Both the position numbers and the translations under genes were made by a program. 64,000 nt of DNA from contig OZ024753.1 of assembly GCA_964016885.1 (NCBI GenBank), positions 20,274,001 through 20,338,000 on the forward strand. The letters run 5' to 3'. The notes under the pieces were generated by a model that was not told where the DNA came from, did not search any database, and saw only the letters and a program-made list of their open reading frames with translations. Below, in pieces: positions 25,179-37,900 of this stretch (position 1 is the first letter of the stretch; the number at the start of each line of letters is the position of its first letter). This DNA comes from Eledone cirrhosa. Its lineage: Eukaryota.

Positions 25179-25796
25179 TACACAGATACATAAATAGATG
25201 TATCCACATCTATAGAGAGATAGTAGCACATATATAAGCATTTATGTAGATATATATGCATATATATATGTGTGTGTGTATGTATCTATGCATGTGTGTG
25301 TGTGTATGTATATATTCATATATGTGTGTGTATGTATATATTCATATGTGTGTGTATATATATATATATTTATATAAATATGTGGGTATGTGAATATGTA
25401 TATACATATGTGTATGTGTGAATGTATGTATATAAATGTGTGTGTATATATATATATATATATATGTATGTATATGTGTGTGTATATGTATACATGTGTG
25501 TGTGTTTGTGTGTGTGTGTCTCTATGTATGTATATTGCAGTTTATGCTATTTTCCCATTTGATATTCTAGCTGAGTCATAATATCCAGTATTGCACTATA
25601 AGTGTTCATTAAAACTTTATTAGAACACACGGATCTGTTTTATAAACTGTAGAAAGAAATTGGACATCAAAGTGGATGTAATTTATAGTGGACGCCATTA
25701 AAACCTGGTGAATGTAATAAATCTAACACTTCTCTGAATCATATTTTTAAAACGCACATTACATCACCTATATCCTCTGTATTCGTCATATATTAT

Positions 25797-25970
25797 GGTT
25801 GTAGGACGCCATGCTTTGACGCATAGAGTTACTGCCCTTGCAATTCTGAGTTCAAATCCCGCCGAGCTTAACTTTGCCGTTCATCCTTACGGGGCCGATA
25901 AAATAATAAGTACCTGTAATGTACTGCGTGTTTTGCTGGCCTTGTGCAAATAGTAGAAACAATTATTATT
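25797..25970 (+). mobile_element. tRNA-derived SINE abutting the satellite
   Basis: GAGTTCAAATCCCGCCGAG...CTTACGGGGCCGATAAAATAATAAGTACC...GCTGGCCTTGTGC...GAAACAATTATTATT. Confidence 0.88.
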
Positions 25971-25973
25971 CAT

Positions 25974-28900
25974 GGTTGGGAAGGGTTTCTATAAGTTGTG
26001 ATACATTGTAGTGTCTGGGTAGTTGGGAAGAGTCAGTGAGTTGTGATACAGTATAGTGTCTGGGGAGTTGGAAAGGGTCTGTGTGTGTTGTGATACAGTG
26101 TAATGTCTGGGGAGTTGGGAAGAGTCAGTGAGTTGTGATACAGTATAGTTTCTGGGGAGTTGGGAAGGGTCTGTGTGTTGTGATACAGTGTATTGTCTGG
26201 GGAGTTGGGAAGAGTCAGTGAGTTGTGATACATTATAGTGTCTGTGGAGTTGGTAAGGATCTGTGTGTTGTGATACAGTATAGTGTCTGGGGAGTTGGGA
26301 AGGATCAGTGAGTTGTGATACATTATAGTGTCTGGGGAGTTGGGAAGGATCTGTGTGTTGTGATACAGTGTATTGTCTGGGGAATTGGGAAGGGTCACTG
26401 AGTTGTGATACAGTATAGTGTCTGTGGGGTTGGGAAGGAACTGTGTTTGTTGTGATACAGTATAGTATCTGGGGAGTTGGGAAGGATCTGTGTGTGTTGT
26501 GATACAGTGTAGTGTCTGGGGAGTTGGGAAGGATCTGTGTTTGTTGTGATACAGTATAGTATCTGGGGAGTTGGGAAGGATCTGTGTGTGTTGTGATACA
26601 GTGTAGTGTCTGGAGAGTTGGGAAGGATCTGTGTGTGTTGTGAAACAGTGTAGTGTCTGGGGAGTTGGCAAGGATCTGTGTGTGTTGTGATACAGTATAG
26701 TGTCTGGGGAGTTGGGAAGGATCTGTGTGTGTTGTAATACAGTATAGTGTCTGGGGTGTTGGGAAGGATCTGTGTGTGTTGTGATACAGTATAGTGTCTG
26801 GGGAGTTGGGAAGGATCTGTGTGTGTTGTGATACAGTATAGTGTCTTGGGTGTTGGGAAGGATCTGTGTATGTTGTGATACAGTGTAGTGTCTGGGGAGT
26901 TGGGAAGGATCCGTGTGTGTTGTGATACAGTGTAGTGTCTGGGGAGTTGGGAGGGATCTGTGTGTGTTGTGATACAGTATAGTGTCTGGGGTGTTGGGAA
27001 GGATCTGTGTGTGTTGTGATACAGTGTAGTGTCTGGGGTGTTGGGAAGGATCTGTGTGTGTTGTGATACAGTGTATTGTCTGGGGTGTTGGGAAGGATCT
27101 GTGTGTGTTGTGATACAGTATAGTGTCTGGGGAGTTGGGAAGGATATGTGTGTGTTGTGATACAGTATAGTGTCTTGGGTGTTGGGAAGGATCTGTGTAT
27201 GTTGTGATACAGTGTAGTGTCTGGGGAGTTGGGAAGGATCTGTGTGTGTTGTGATACAGTGTAGTGTCTGGGGAGTTGGGAAGGATCTGTGTGTGGTGTG
27301 ATACAGTGTAGTGTCTGGAGAGTTGCGAAGGATCTGTGTGTGTTGTGATACAGTGTGTTGTCTGGGGTGTTGGGAAGGATCTGTGTGTGTTGTGATACAG
27401 TATAGTGTCTGGGGAGTTGGGAAGGATCTGTGTGTGTTGTGATACAGTATAGTGTCTGGGGAGTTGGGAAGGATCTGTGTGTGTTGTGATACAGTATAGT
27501 GTCTGGGGTGTTGGGAAGGATCTGTGTGTGTTGTGATACAGTGTAGTGTCTGGGGTGTTGGGAAGGATCTGTGTGTGTTGTGATACAGTGTAGTGTCTGG
27601 GGTGTTGGGAAGGATCTGTGTGTGTTGTGATACAGTATAGCGTCTGGGGAGTTGGGAAGGATCTGTGTGTGTTGTGATACAGTATAGTGTCTTGGGTGTT
27701 GGGAAGGATCTGTGTATGTTGTGATACAGTGTAGTGTCTGGGGAGTTGGGAAGGATCTGTGTGTGTTGTGATACAGTGTAGTGTCTGGGGAGTTGGGAAG
27801 GATCTGTGTGTGGTGTGATACAGTGTAGTGTCTGGAGAGTTGCGAAGGATCTGTGTGTGTTGTGATACAGTGTAGTGTCTGGGGAGTTGGGAAGGATCTG
27901 TGTGTGTTGTGATACAGTATAGTGTCTGGGGAGTTGGGAAGGATATGTGTGTGTTGTGATACAGTATAGTGTCTGGGGAGTTGGGAAGGATCTGTGTGTG
28001 TTGTGATACAGTATAGTGTCTGGGGTGTGGGGAAGGATATGTGTGTGTTGTGATACAGTGTAGTGTCTGGGGAGTTGGGAAGGATCTGTGTGTGTTGTGA
28101 TACAGTGTGTTGTCTGGGGTGTTGGGAAGGATCTGTGTGTGTTGTGATACAGTATAGTGTCTGGGGAGTTGGGAAGGATCTGTGTGTGTTGTGATACAGT
28201 ATAGTGTCTGGGGTGTTGGGAAGGATCTGTGTGTGTTCTGATACAGTGTAGTGTCTGGGGTGTTGGGAAGGATCTGTGTGTGTTGTGATACAGTGTAGTG
28301 TCTGGGGTGTTGGGAAGGATCTGTGTGTGTTGTGATACATTATAGTGTCTGGGGAGTTGGGAAGGATCTGTGTGTGTTGTGATACAGTATAGTGTCTGGG
28401 GTGTTGGGAAGGATATGTGTGTGTTGTGATACAGTGTAGTGTCTGGGGAGTTGGGAAGGATCTGTGTGTGTTGTGATACAGTGTAGTGTCTGGGGAGTTG
28501 GGAAGGATCTGTGTGTGTTGTGATACAGTGTATTGTCTGGGGGGTTGGGAAGGATCTGTGTGTGTTGTGATACAGTATAGTGTCTGGGGAGTTGGGAAGG
28601 ATATGTGTGTGTTGTGATACAGTATAGTATCTGGGGAGTTGGGAGGGATCTGTGTGTGTTGTGATACCATGTAGTGTCTGGAGAGTTGGGAAGGATCTGT
28701 GTGTGTTGTGATACAGTATAGTGTCTGGGGAGTTGGGAAGGATATGTGTGTGTTGTGATACAGTATAATGTCTGGGGAGTTGGGAAGGATCTGTGTGTGT
28801 TGTGATACAGTATAGTGTCTTGGGTGTTGGGAAGGATCTGTGTGTGTTGTGATACAGTGTAGTGTCTGGGGAGTTGGGAAGGATCTGTGTGTGTTGTGAT

Positions 28901-31900
28901 ACAGTGTAGTGTCTGGGGAGTTGGGAAGGATCTGTGTGTGTTGTAATACAGTGTAGTGTCTGGGGAGTTGGGAAGGATCTGTGTGTGTTGTGATACAGTA
29001 TAGTATCTGGGGAGTTGGGAAGGATCTGTGTGTGTTGTGATACAGTGTAGTGTCTGGGGAGTTGGGAAGGATCTGTGTGTGTTGTGATTCAGTATAGTGT
29101 CTGGGTTGTTGGGAAGGATCTGTGTGTGTTGTGATACAGTATAGTGTCTGGGGAGTTGGGAAGGATCTGTGTGTGTTGTGATACAGTGTAGTGTCTGGGG
29201 AGTTGGGAAGGATCTGTGTGTGTTGTGATACAGTATAGTGTCTGGGGTGTTGGGAAGGATATGTGTGTGTTGTGATACAGTGTAGTGTCTTGGGTGTTGG
29301 GAAGGATCTGTGTGTGTTGTGATACAGTGTAGTGTCTGGGGTGTTGGGAAGGATCTGTGTGTGTTGTGATACAGTATCGTGTCTGGGGAGTTGGGAAGGA
29401 TCTGTGTGTGTTGTGATACAGTGTAGTGTCTGGGGAGTTGGGAAGGATCTGTGTGTGTTGTGATACAGTATAGTGTCTGGGGTGTTGGGAAGGATCTGTG
29501 TGTGTTGTGATACAGTGTAGTGTCTGGGGTGTTGGGAAGGATCTGTGTGTGTTGTGATACAGTATAGTGTCTGGGGAGTTGGGGAGGATCTGTGTGTGTT
29601 GTGATACAGTATAGTGTCTGGGGTGTTGGGAAGGATCTGTGTGTGTTGTGATACAGTGTAGTGTCTGGGGAGTTGGGAAGGATCTGTGTGTGTTGTGATA
29701 CAGTGGAGTGTCTAGGGAGTTGGGAAGGATCTGTGTGTGTTGTGATACAGTGTAGTGTCTGGGGAGTTGGGAAGGATCTGTGTGTGTTGTGATACAGTAT
29801 AGTGTCTGGGGTGTTGGGAAGGATCTGTGTGTGTTGTGATACAGTGTAGTGTCTGGGGTGTTGGGAAGAGTCAGTGAGTTGTGATACAGTATAGTGTCTG
29901 GGGAGTTGGAAAGGGTCTGTGTGTGTTGTGATACAGTGTAATGTCTGGGGAGTTGGGAAGAGTCAGTGAGTTGTGATACAGTATAGTTTCTGGGGAGTTG
30001 GGAAGGGTCTGTGTGTTGTGATACAGTGTATTGTCTGGGGAGTTGGGAAGAGTCAGTGAGTTGTGATACATTATAGTGTCTGTGGAGTTGGTAAGGATCT
30101 GTGTGTTGTGATAAAGTATAGTGTCTGGGGAGTTGGGAAGGATCAGTGAGTTGTGATACATTATAGTGTCTGGGGAGTTGGGAAGGATCTGTGTGTTGTG
30201 ATACAGTGTATTGTCTGGGGAATTGGGAAGGGTCACTGAGTTGTGATACAGTATAGTATCTGGGGAGTTGGGAAGGATCTGTGTGTGTTGTGATACAGTG
30301 TAGTGTCTGGGGAGTTGGGAAGGATCTGTGTTTGTTGTGATACAGTATAGTATCTGGGGAGTTGGGAAGGATCTGTGTGTGTTGTGATACAGTGTAGTGT
30401 CTGGAGAGTTGGGAAGGATCTGTGTGTGTTGTGAAACAGTGTAGTGTCTGGGGAGTTGGGAAGGATCTGTGTGTGTTGTGATACAGTATAGTGTCTGGGG
30501 AGTTGGGAAGGATATGTGTGTGTTGTGATACAGTATAGTGTCTGGGGAGTTGGGAAGGATCTGTGTGTGTTGTAATACAGTATAGTGTCTGGGGTGTTGG
30601 GAAGGATCTGTGTGTGTTGTGATACAGTGAAGTGTCTGGGGAGTTGGGAAGGATCTGTGTGTGTTGTGATACAGTGTGTTGTCTGGGGTGTTGGGAAGGA
30701 TCTGTGTGTGTTGTGATACAGTATAGTGTCTGGGGAGTTGGGAAGGATCTGTGTGTGTTGTGATACAGTATAGTGTCTTGGGTGTTGGGAAGGATCTGTG
30801 TATGTTGTGATACAGTGTAGTGTCTGGGGAGTTGGGAAGGATCTGTGTGTGTTGTGATACAGTGTAGTGTCTGGGGAGTTGGGAGGGATCTGTGTGTGTT
30901 GTGATACAGTATAGTGTCTGGGGTGTTGGGAAGGATCTGTGTGTGTTGTGATACAGTGTAGTGTCTGGGGTGTTGGGAAGGATCTGTGTGTGTTGTGATA
31001 CAGTGTATTGTCTGGGGTGTTGGGAAGGATCTGTGTCTGTTGTGATACAGTATAGTGTCTGGGGAGTTGGGAAGGATCTGTGTGTGTTGTGATACAGTAT
31101 AGTGTCTTGGGTGTTGGGAAGGATCTGTGTATGTTGTGATACAGTGTAGTGTCTGGGGAGTTGGGAAGGATCTGTGTGTGTTGTGATACAGTGTAGTGTC
31201 TGGGGAGTTGGGAAGGATCTGTGTGTGGTGTGATACAGTGTAGTGTCTGGAGAGTTGCGAAGGATCTGTGTGTGTTGTGATACAATGTGTTGTCTGGGGT
31301 GTTGGGAAGGATCTGTGTGTGTTGTGATACAGTATAGTGTCTGGGGAGTTGGGAAGGATCTGTGTGTGTTGTGATACAGTATAGTGTCTGGGGAGTTGGG
31401 AAGGATCTGTGTGTGTTGTGATACAGTATAGTGTCTGGGGTGTTGGGAAGGATCTGTGTGTGTTGTGATACAGTGTAGTGTCTGGGGTGTTGGGAAGGAT
31501 CTGTGTGTATTGTGATACAGTGTAGTGTCTGGGGTGTTGGGAAGGATCTGTGTGTGTTGTGATACAGTATAGTGTCTGGGGAGTTGGGAAGGATCTGTGT
31601 GTGTTGTGATACAGTATAGTGTCTTGGGTGTTGGGAAGGATCTGTGTATGTTGTGTACAGTGTAGTGTCTGGGGAGTTGGGAAGGATCTGTGTGTGTTGT
31701 GATACAGTGTAGTGTCTGGGGAGTTGGGAAGGATCTGTGTGTGGTGTGATACAGTGTAGTGTCTGGAGAGTTGCGAAGGATCTGTGTGTGTTGTGATACA
31801 GTGTAGTGTCTGGGGAGTTGGGAAGGATCTGTGTGTGTTGTGATACAGTATAGTGTCTGGGGAGTTGGGAAGGATATGTGTGTGTTGTGATACAGTATAG

Positions 31901-34900
31901 TGTCTGGGGAGTTGGGAAGGATCTGTGTGTGTTGTGATACAGTATAGTGTCTGGGGTGTGGGGAAGGATATGTGTGTGTTGTGATACAGTGTAGTGTCTG
32001 GGGAGTTGGGAAGGATCTGTGTGTGTTGTGATACAGTGTGTTGTCTGGGGTGTTGGGAAGGATCTGTGTGTGTTGTGATACAGTATAGTGTCTGGGGAGT
32101 TGGGAAGGATCTGTGTGTGTTGTGATACAGTATAGTGTCTGGGGTGTTGGGAAGGATCTGTGTGTGTTCTGATACAGTGTAGTGTCTGGGGTGTTGGGAA
32201 GGATCTGTGTGTGTTGTGATACAGTGTAGTGTCTGGGGTGTTGGGAAGGATCTGTGTGTGTTGTGATACAGTATAGTGTCTGGGGAGTTGGGAAGGATCT
32301 GTGTGTGTTGTGATACAGTATAGTGTCTGGGGTGTTGGGAAGGATATGTGTGTGTTGTGATACAGTGTAGTGTCTGGGGAGTTGGGAAGGATCTGTGTGT
32401 GTTGTGATACAGTGTAGTGTCTGGGGAGTTGGGAAGGATCTGTGTGTGTTGTGATACAGTGTATTGTCTGGGGAGTTGGGAAGGATCTGTGTGTGTTGTG
32501 ATACAGTATAGTGTCTGGGGAGTTGGGAAGGATATGTGTGTGTTGTGATACAGTATAGTATCTGGGGAGTTGGGAGGGATCTGTGTGTGTTGTGATACAA
32601 TGTAGTGTCTGGAGAGTTGGGAAGGATCTGTGTGTGTTGAGATACAGTGTAGTGTCTGGGGAGTTGGGAAGGATCTGTGTGTGTTGTGATACAGTATAGT
32701 GTCTGGGGAGTTGGGAAGGATATGTGTGTGTTGTGATACAGTATAATGTCTGGGGAGTTGGGAAGGATCTGTGTGTGTTGTGATACAGTATAGTGTCTTG
32801 GGTGTTGGGAAGAATCTGTGTGTGTTGTGATACAGTGTAGTGTCTGGGGAGTTGGGAAGGATCTGTGTGTGTTGTGATACAGTGTAGTGTCTGGGGAGTT
32901 GGGAAGGATCTGTGTGTGTTGTAATACAGTGTAGTGTCTGGGGAGTTGGAAAGGATCTGTGTGTGTTGTGATACAGTATAGTATCTGGGGAGTTGGGAAG
33001 GATCTGTGTGTGTTGTGATACAGTGTAGTGTCTGGGGAGTTGGGAAGGATCTGTGTGTGTTGTGATTCAGTATAGTGTCTGGGTTGTTGGGAAGGATCTG
33101 TGTGTGTTGTGATACAGTATAGTGTCTGGGGAGTTGGGAAGGATCTGTGTGTGTTGTGATACAGTGTAGTGTCTGGGGAGTTGGGAAGGATCTGTGTGTG
33201 TTGTGATACAGTATAGTGTCTGGGGTGTTGGGAAGGATATGTGTGTGTTGTGATACAGTGTAGTGTCTGGGGTGTTGGGAAGGATCTGTGTGTGTTGTGA
33301 TACAGTGTAGTGTCTGGGGTGTTGGGAAGGATATGTGTGTGTTGTGATACAGTATCGTGTCTGGGGAGTTGGGAAGGATCTGTGTGTGTTGTGATACAGT
33401 GTAGTGTCTGGGGAGTTGGGAAGGATCTGTGTGTGTTGTGATACAGTATAGTGTCTGGCGTGTTGGGAAGGATCTGTGTGTGTTGTGATACAGTGTAGTG
33501 TCTGGGGTGTTGGGAAGGATCTGTGTGTGTTGTGATACAGTATAGTGTCTGGGGAGTTGGGGAGGATCTGTGTGTGTTGTGATACAGTATAGTGTCTGGG
33601 GTGTTGGGAAGGATCTGTGTGTGTTGTGATACAGTGTAGTGTCTGGGGTGTTGGGAAGGATCTGTGTGTGTTGTGATACAGTGTAGTGTCTGGGGAGTTG
33701 GGAAGGATCTGTGTGTGTTGTGATACAGTGGAGTGTCTAGGGAGTTGGGAAGGATCTGTGTGTGTTGTGATACAGTGTAGTGTCTGGGGAGTTGGGAAGG
33801 ATCTGTGTGTGTGGTGATACAGTATAGTGTCTGGGGAGTTGGGAAGGATCTGTGTGTGTTGTGATACAGTGTAGTGTCTGGGGAGTTGGGAGGGATCTGT
33901 GTGTGTTGTGATACAGTATAGTGTCTGGGGTGTTGGGAAGGATCTGTGTGTGTTGTGATACAGTGTAGTGTCTGGGGTGTTGGGAAGGATCTGTGTGTGT
34001 TGTGATACAGTGTATTGTCTGGGGTGTTGGGAAGGATCTGTGTGTGTTGTGATACAGTATAGTGTCTGGGGTGTTGGGAAGGATCTGTGTATGTTGTGAT
34101 ACAGTGTAGTGTCTGGGGAGTTGGGAAGGATCTGTGTGTGTTGTGATACAGTGTAGTGTCTGGGGAGTTGGGAAGGATCTGTCTGTGGTGTGATACAGTG
34201 TAGTGTCTGGAGAGTTGCGAAGGATCTGTGTGTGTTGTAATACAGTGTAGTGTCTGGGGAGTTGGGAAGGATCTGTGTGTGTTGTGATACAGTATAGTGT
34301 CTGGGGAGTTGGGAAGGATATGTGTGTGTTGTGATACAGTATAGTGTCTGGGGAGTTGGGAAGGATCTGCGTGTGTTGTGATACAGTATAGTGTCTGGGG
34401 TGTTGGGAAGGATCTGTGTGTGTTGTGATACAGTGTAGTGTCTGGGGAGTTGGGAAGGATCTGTGTGTGTTGTGATACAGTGTGTTGTCTGGGGTGTTGG
34501 GTAGGATCTGTGTGTGTTGTGATACAGTATAGTGTATGGGGAGTTGGGAAGGATCTGTGTGTGTTGTGATACAGTATAGTGTCTGGGGTGTTGGGAAGGA
34601 TCTGTGTGTGTTGTGATACAGTGTAGTGTCTGGGGTGTTGGGAAGGATCTGTGTGTGTTGTGATACAGTTTAGTGTCTGGGGAGTTGGGAAGGATCTGTG
34701 TGTGTTGTGATACAGTATAGTGTATGGGGTGTTGGGAAGGATATGTGCGTGTTGTGATACAATATAGTGTCTGGGGAGTTGGGAAGGATCTGTGTGTGTT
34801 GTGATACAGTGTAGTGTCTGGGGAGTTGGGAAGGATCTGTGTGTGTTGTGATACAGTGTAGTGTCTGGGGAGTTGGGAAGGATCTGTGTGTGTTGTGATA

Positions 34901-37900
34901 CAGTGTAGTGTCTGGGGAGTTGGGAATGATCTGTGTGTGTTGTGATACAGTATAGTGTCTGGGGTGTTGGGAAGGATCTGTGTGTGTTGTGATACAGTGT
35001 AGTGTCTGGGGTGTTGGGAAGGATCTGTGTGTGTTGTGATACAGTATAGTGTCTGGGGAGTTGGGAAGGATCTGTGTGTGTTGTGATAAAGTATAGTGTC
35101 TGGGGTGTTGGGAAGGATCTGTGTGTGTTGTGATACAGTGTAGTGTCTGGGGAGTTGGGAAGGATCTGTGTGTGTTGTGATACAGTGTAGTGTCTGGGGA
35201 GTTGGGAAGGATCTGTGTGTGTTGTGATACAGTATAGTGTCTGGGGAGTTGGGAAGGATATGTGTGTGTTCTGATACAGTATATTATCTGTGGAGTTGGG
35301 AAGGATCTGTGTATGTTGTGATACAATGTAGTGTCTGGAGAGTTGGGAAGGATCTGTGTGTGTTGTGATACAGTGTGGTGTCTGGGGTGTTGGGAAGGAT
35401 ATGTGTGTGTTGTGATACAGTATAGTGTCTGGGGAGTTGGGAAGGATCTGTGTGTGTTGGGATACAGTATAGTGTCTGGGGTGTTGGGAAGAATCTGTGT
35501 GTGTTGTGATACAGTGTAGTGTCTGGGGAGTCGGGAAGGATCTGTGTGTGTGTTGTGATACAGTGTAGTGTCTGGGGTGTTGGGAAGGATCTGTGTGTGT
35601 TGTGATACAGTGTAGTGTCTGGGGAGTTGGGAAGGATCTGTGTGTGTTGTGATTCAGTATAGTGTCTGGGTTGTTGGGAAGGATCTGTGTGTGTTGTGAT
35701 ACAGTATAGTGTCTGGGGAGTTGGGAAGGATCTGTGTGTGTTGTGATACAGTGTAGTGTCTGGGGAGTTGGGAAGGATCTGTGTGTGTTGTGATACAGTA
35801 TAGTGTCTGGGGTGTTGGGAAGGATATGTGTGTGTTGTGATACAGTGTAGTGTCTGGGGTGTTGGGAAGGATCTGTGTGTGTTGTGATACAGTGTAGTGT
35901 CTGGGGTGTTGGGAAGGATATGTGTGTGTTGTGATACAGTATCGTGTCTGGGGAGTTGGGAAGGATCTGTGTGTGTTGTGATACAGTGTAGTGTCTGGGG
36001 AGTTGGGAAGGATCTGTGTGTGTTGTGATACAGTATAGTGTCTGGCGTGTTGGGAAGGATCTGTGTGTGTTGTGATACAGTGTAGTGTCTGGGGTGTTGG
36101 GAAGGATCTGTGTGTGTTGTGATACAGTATAGTGTCTGGGGAGTTGGGGAGGATCTGTGTGTGTTGTGATACAGTATAGTGTCTGGGGTGTTGGGAAGGA
36201 TCTGTGTGTGTTGTGATACAGTGTAGTGTCTGGGGTGTTGGGAAGGATCTGTGTGTGTTGTGATACAGTGTAGTGTCTGGGGAGTTGGGAAGGATCTGTG
36301 TGTGTTGTGATACAGTGGAGTGTCTAGGGAGTTGGGAAGGATCTGTGTGTGTTGTGATACAGTGTAGTGTCTGGGGAGTTGGGAAGGATCTGTGTGTGTT
36401 GTGATACAGTATAGTGTCTGGGGAGTTGGGAAGGATCTGTGTGTGTTGTGATACAGTGTAGTGTCTGGGGAGTTGGGAGGGATCTGTGTGTGTTGTGATA
36501 CAGTATAGTGTCTGGGGTGTTGGGAAGGATCTGTGTGTGTTGTGATACAGTGTAGTGTCTGGGGTGTTGGGAAGGATCTGTGTGTGTTGTGATACAGTGT
36601 ATTGTCTGGGGTGTTGGGAAGGATCTGTGTGTGTTGTGATACAGTATAGTGTCTGGGGTGTTGGGAAGGATCTGTGTATGTTGTGATACAGTGTAGTGTC
36701 TGGGGAGTTGGGAAGGATCTGTGTGTGTTGTGATACAGTGTAGTGTCTGGGGAGTTGGGAAGGATCTGTCTGTGGTGTGATACAGTGTAGTGTCTGGAGA
36801 GTTGCGAAGGATCTGTGTGTGTTGTGATACAGTGTAGTGTCTGGGGAGTTGGGAAGGATCTGTGTGTGTTGTGATACAGTATAGTGTCTGGGGAGTTGGG
36901 AAGGATATGTGTGTGTTGTGATACAGTATAGTGTCTGGGGAGTTGGGAAGGATCTGCGTGTGTTGTGATACAGTATAGTGTCTGGGGTGTTGGGAAGGAT
37001 CTGTGTGTGTTGTGATACAGTGTAGTGTCTGGGGAGTTGGGAAGGATCTGTGTGTGTTGTGATACAGTGTGTTGTCTGGGGTGTTGGGTAGGATCTGTGT
37101 GTGTTGTGATACAGTATAGTGTATGGGGAGTTGGGAAGGATCTGTGTGTGTTGTGATACAGTATAGTGTCTGGGGTGTTGGGAAGGATCTGTGTGTGTTG
37201 TGATACAGTGTAGTGTCTGGGGTGTTGGGAAGGATCTGTGTGTGTTGTGATACAGTTTAGTGTCTGGGGAGTTGGGAAGGATCTGTGTGTGTTGTGATAC
37301 AGTATAGTGTCTGGGGAGTTGGGAGGGATCTGTGTGTGTTGTGATACAGTATAGTGTCTGGGGTGTTGGGAAGGATCTGTGTGTGTTGTGATACAGTGTA
37401 GTGTCTGGGGTGTTGGGAAGGATCTGTGTGTGTTGTGATACAGTGTATTGTCTGGGGTGTTGGGAAGGATCTGTGTGTGTTGTGATACAGTATAGTGTCT
37501 GGGGTGTTGGGAAGGATCTGTGTATGTTGTGATACAGTGTAGTGTCTGGGGAGTTGGGAAGGATCTGTGTGTGTTGTGATACAGTGTAGTGTCTGGGGAG
37601 TTGGGAAGGATCTGTCTGTGGTGTGATACAGTGTAGTGTCTGGAGAGTTGCGAAGGATCTGTGTGTGTTGTAATACAGTGTAGTGTCTGGGGAGTTGGGA
37701 AGGATCTGTGTGTGTTGTGATACAGTATAGTGTCTGGGGAGTTGGGAAGGATATGTGTGTGTTGTGATACAGTATAGTGTCTGGGGAGTTGGGAAGGATC
37801 TGCGTGTGTTGTGATACAGTATAGTGTCTGGGGTGTTGGGAAGGATCTGTGTGTGTTGTGATACAGTGTAGTGTCTGGGGAGTTGGGAAGGATCTGTGTG

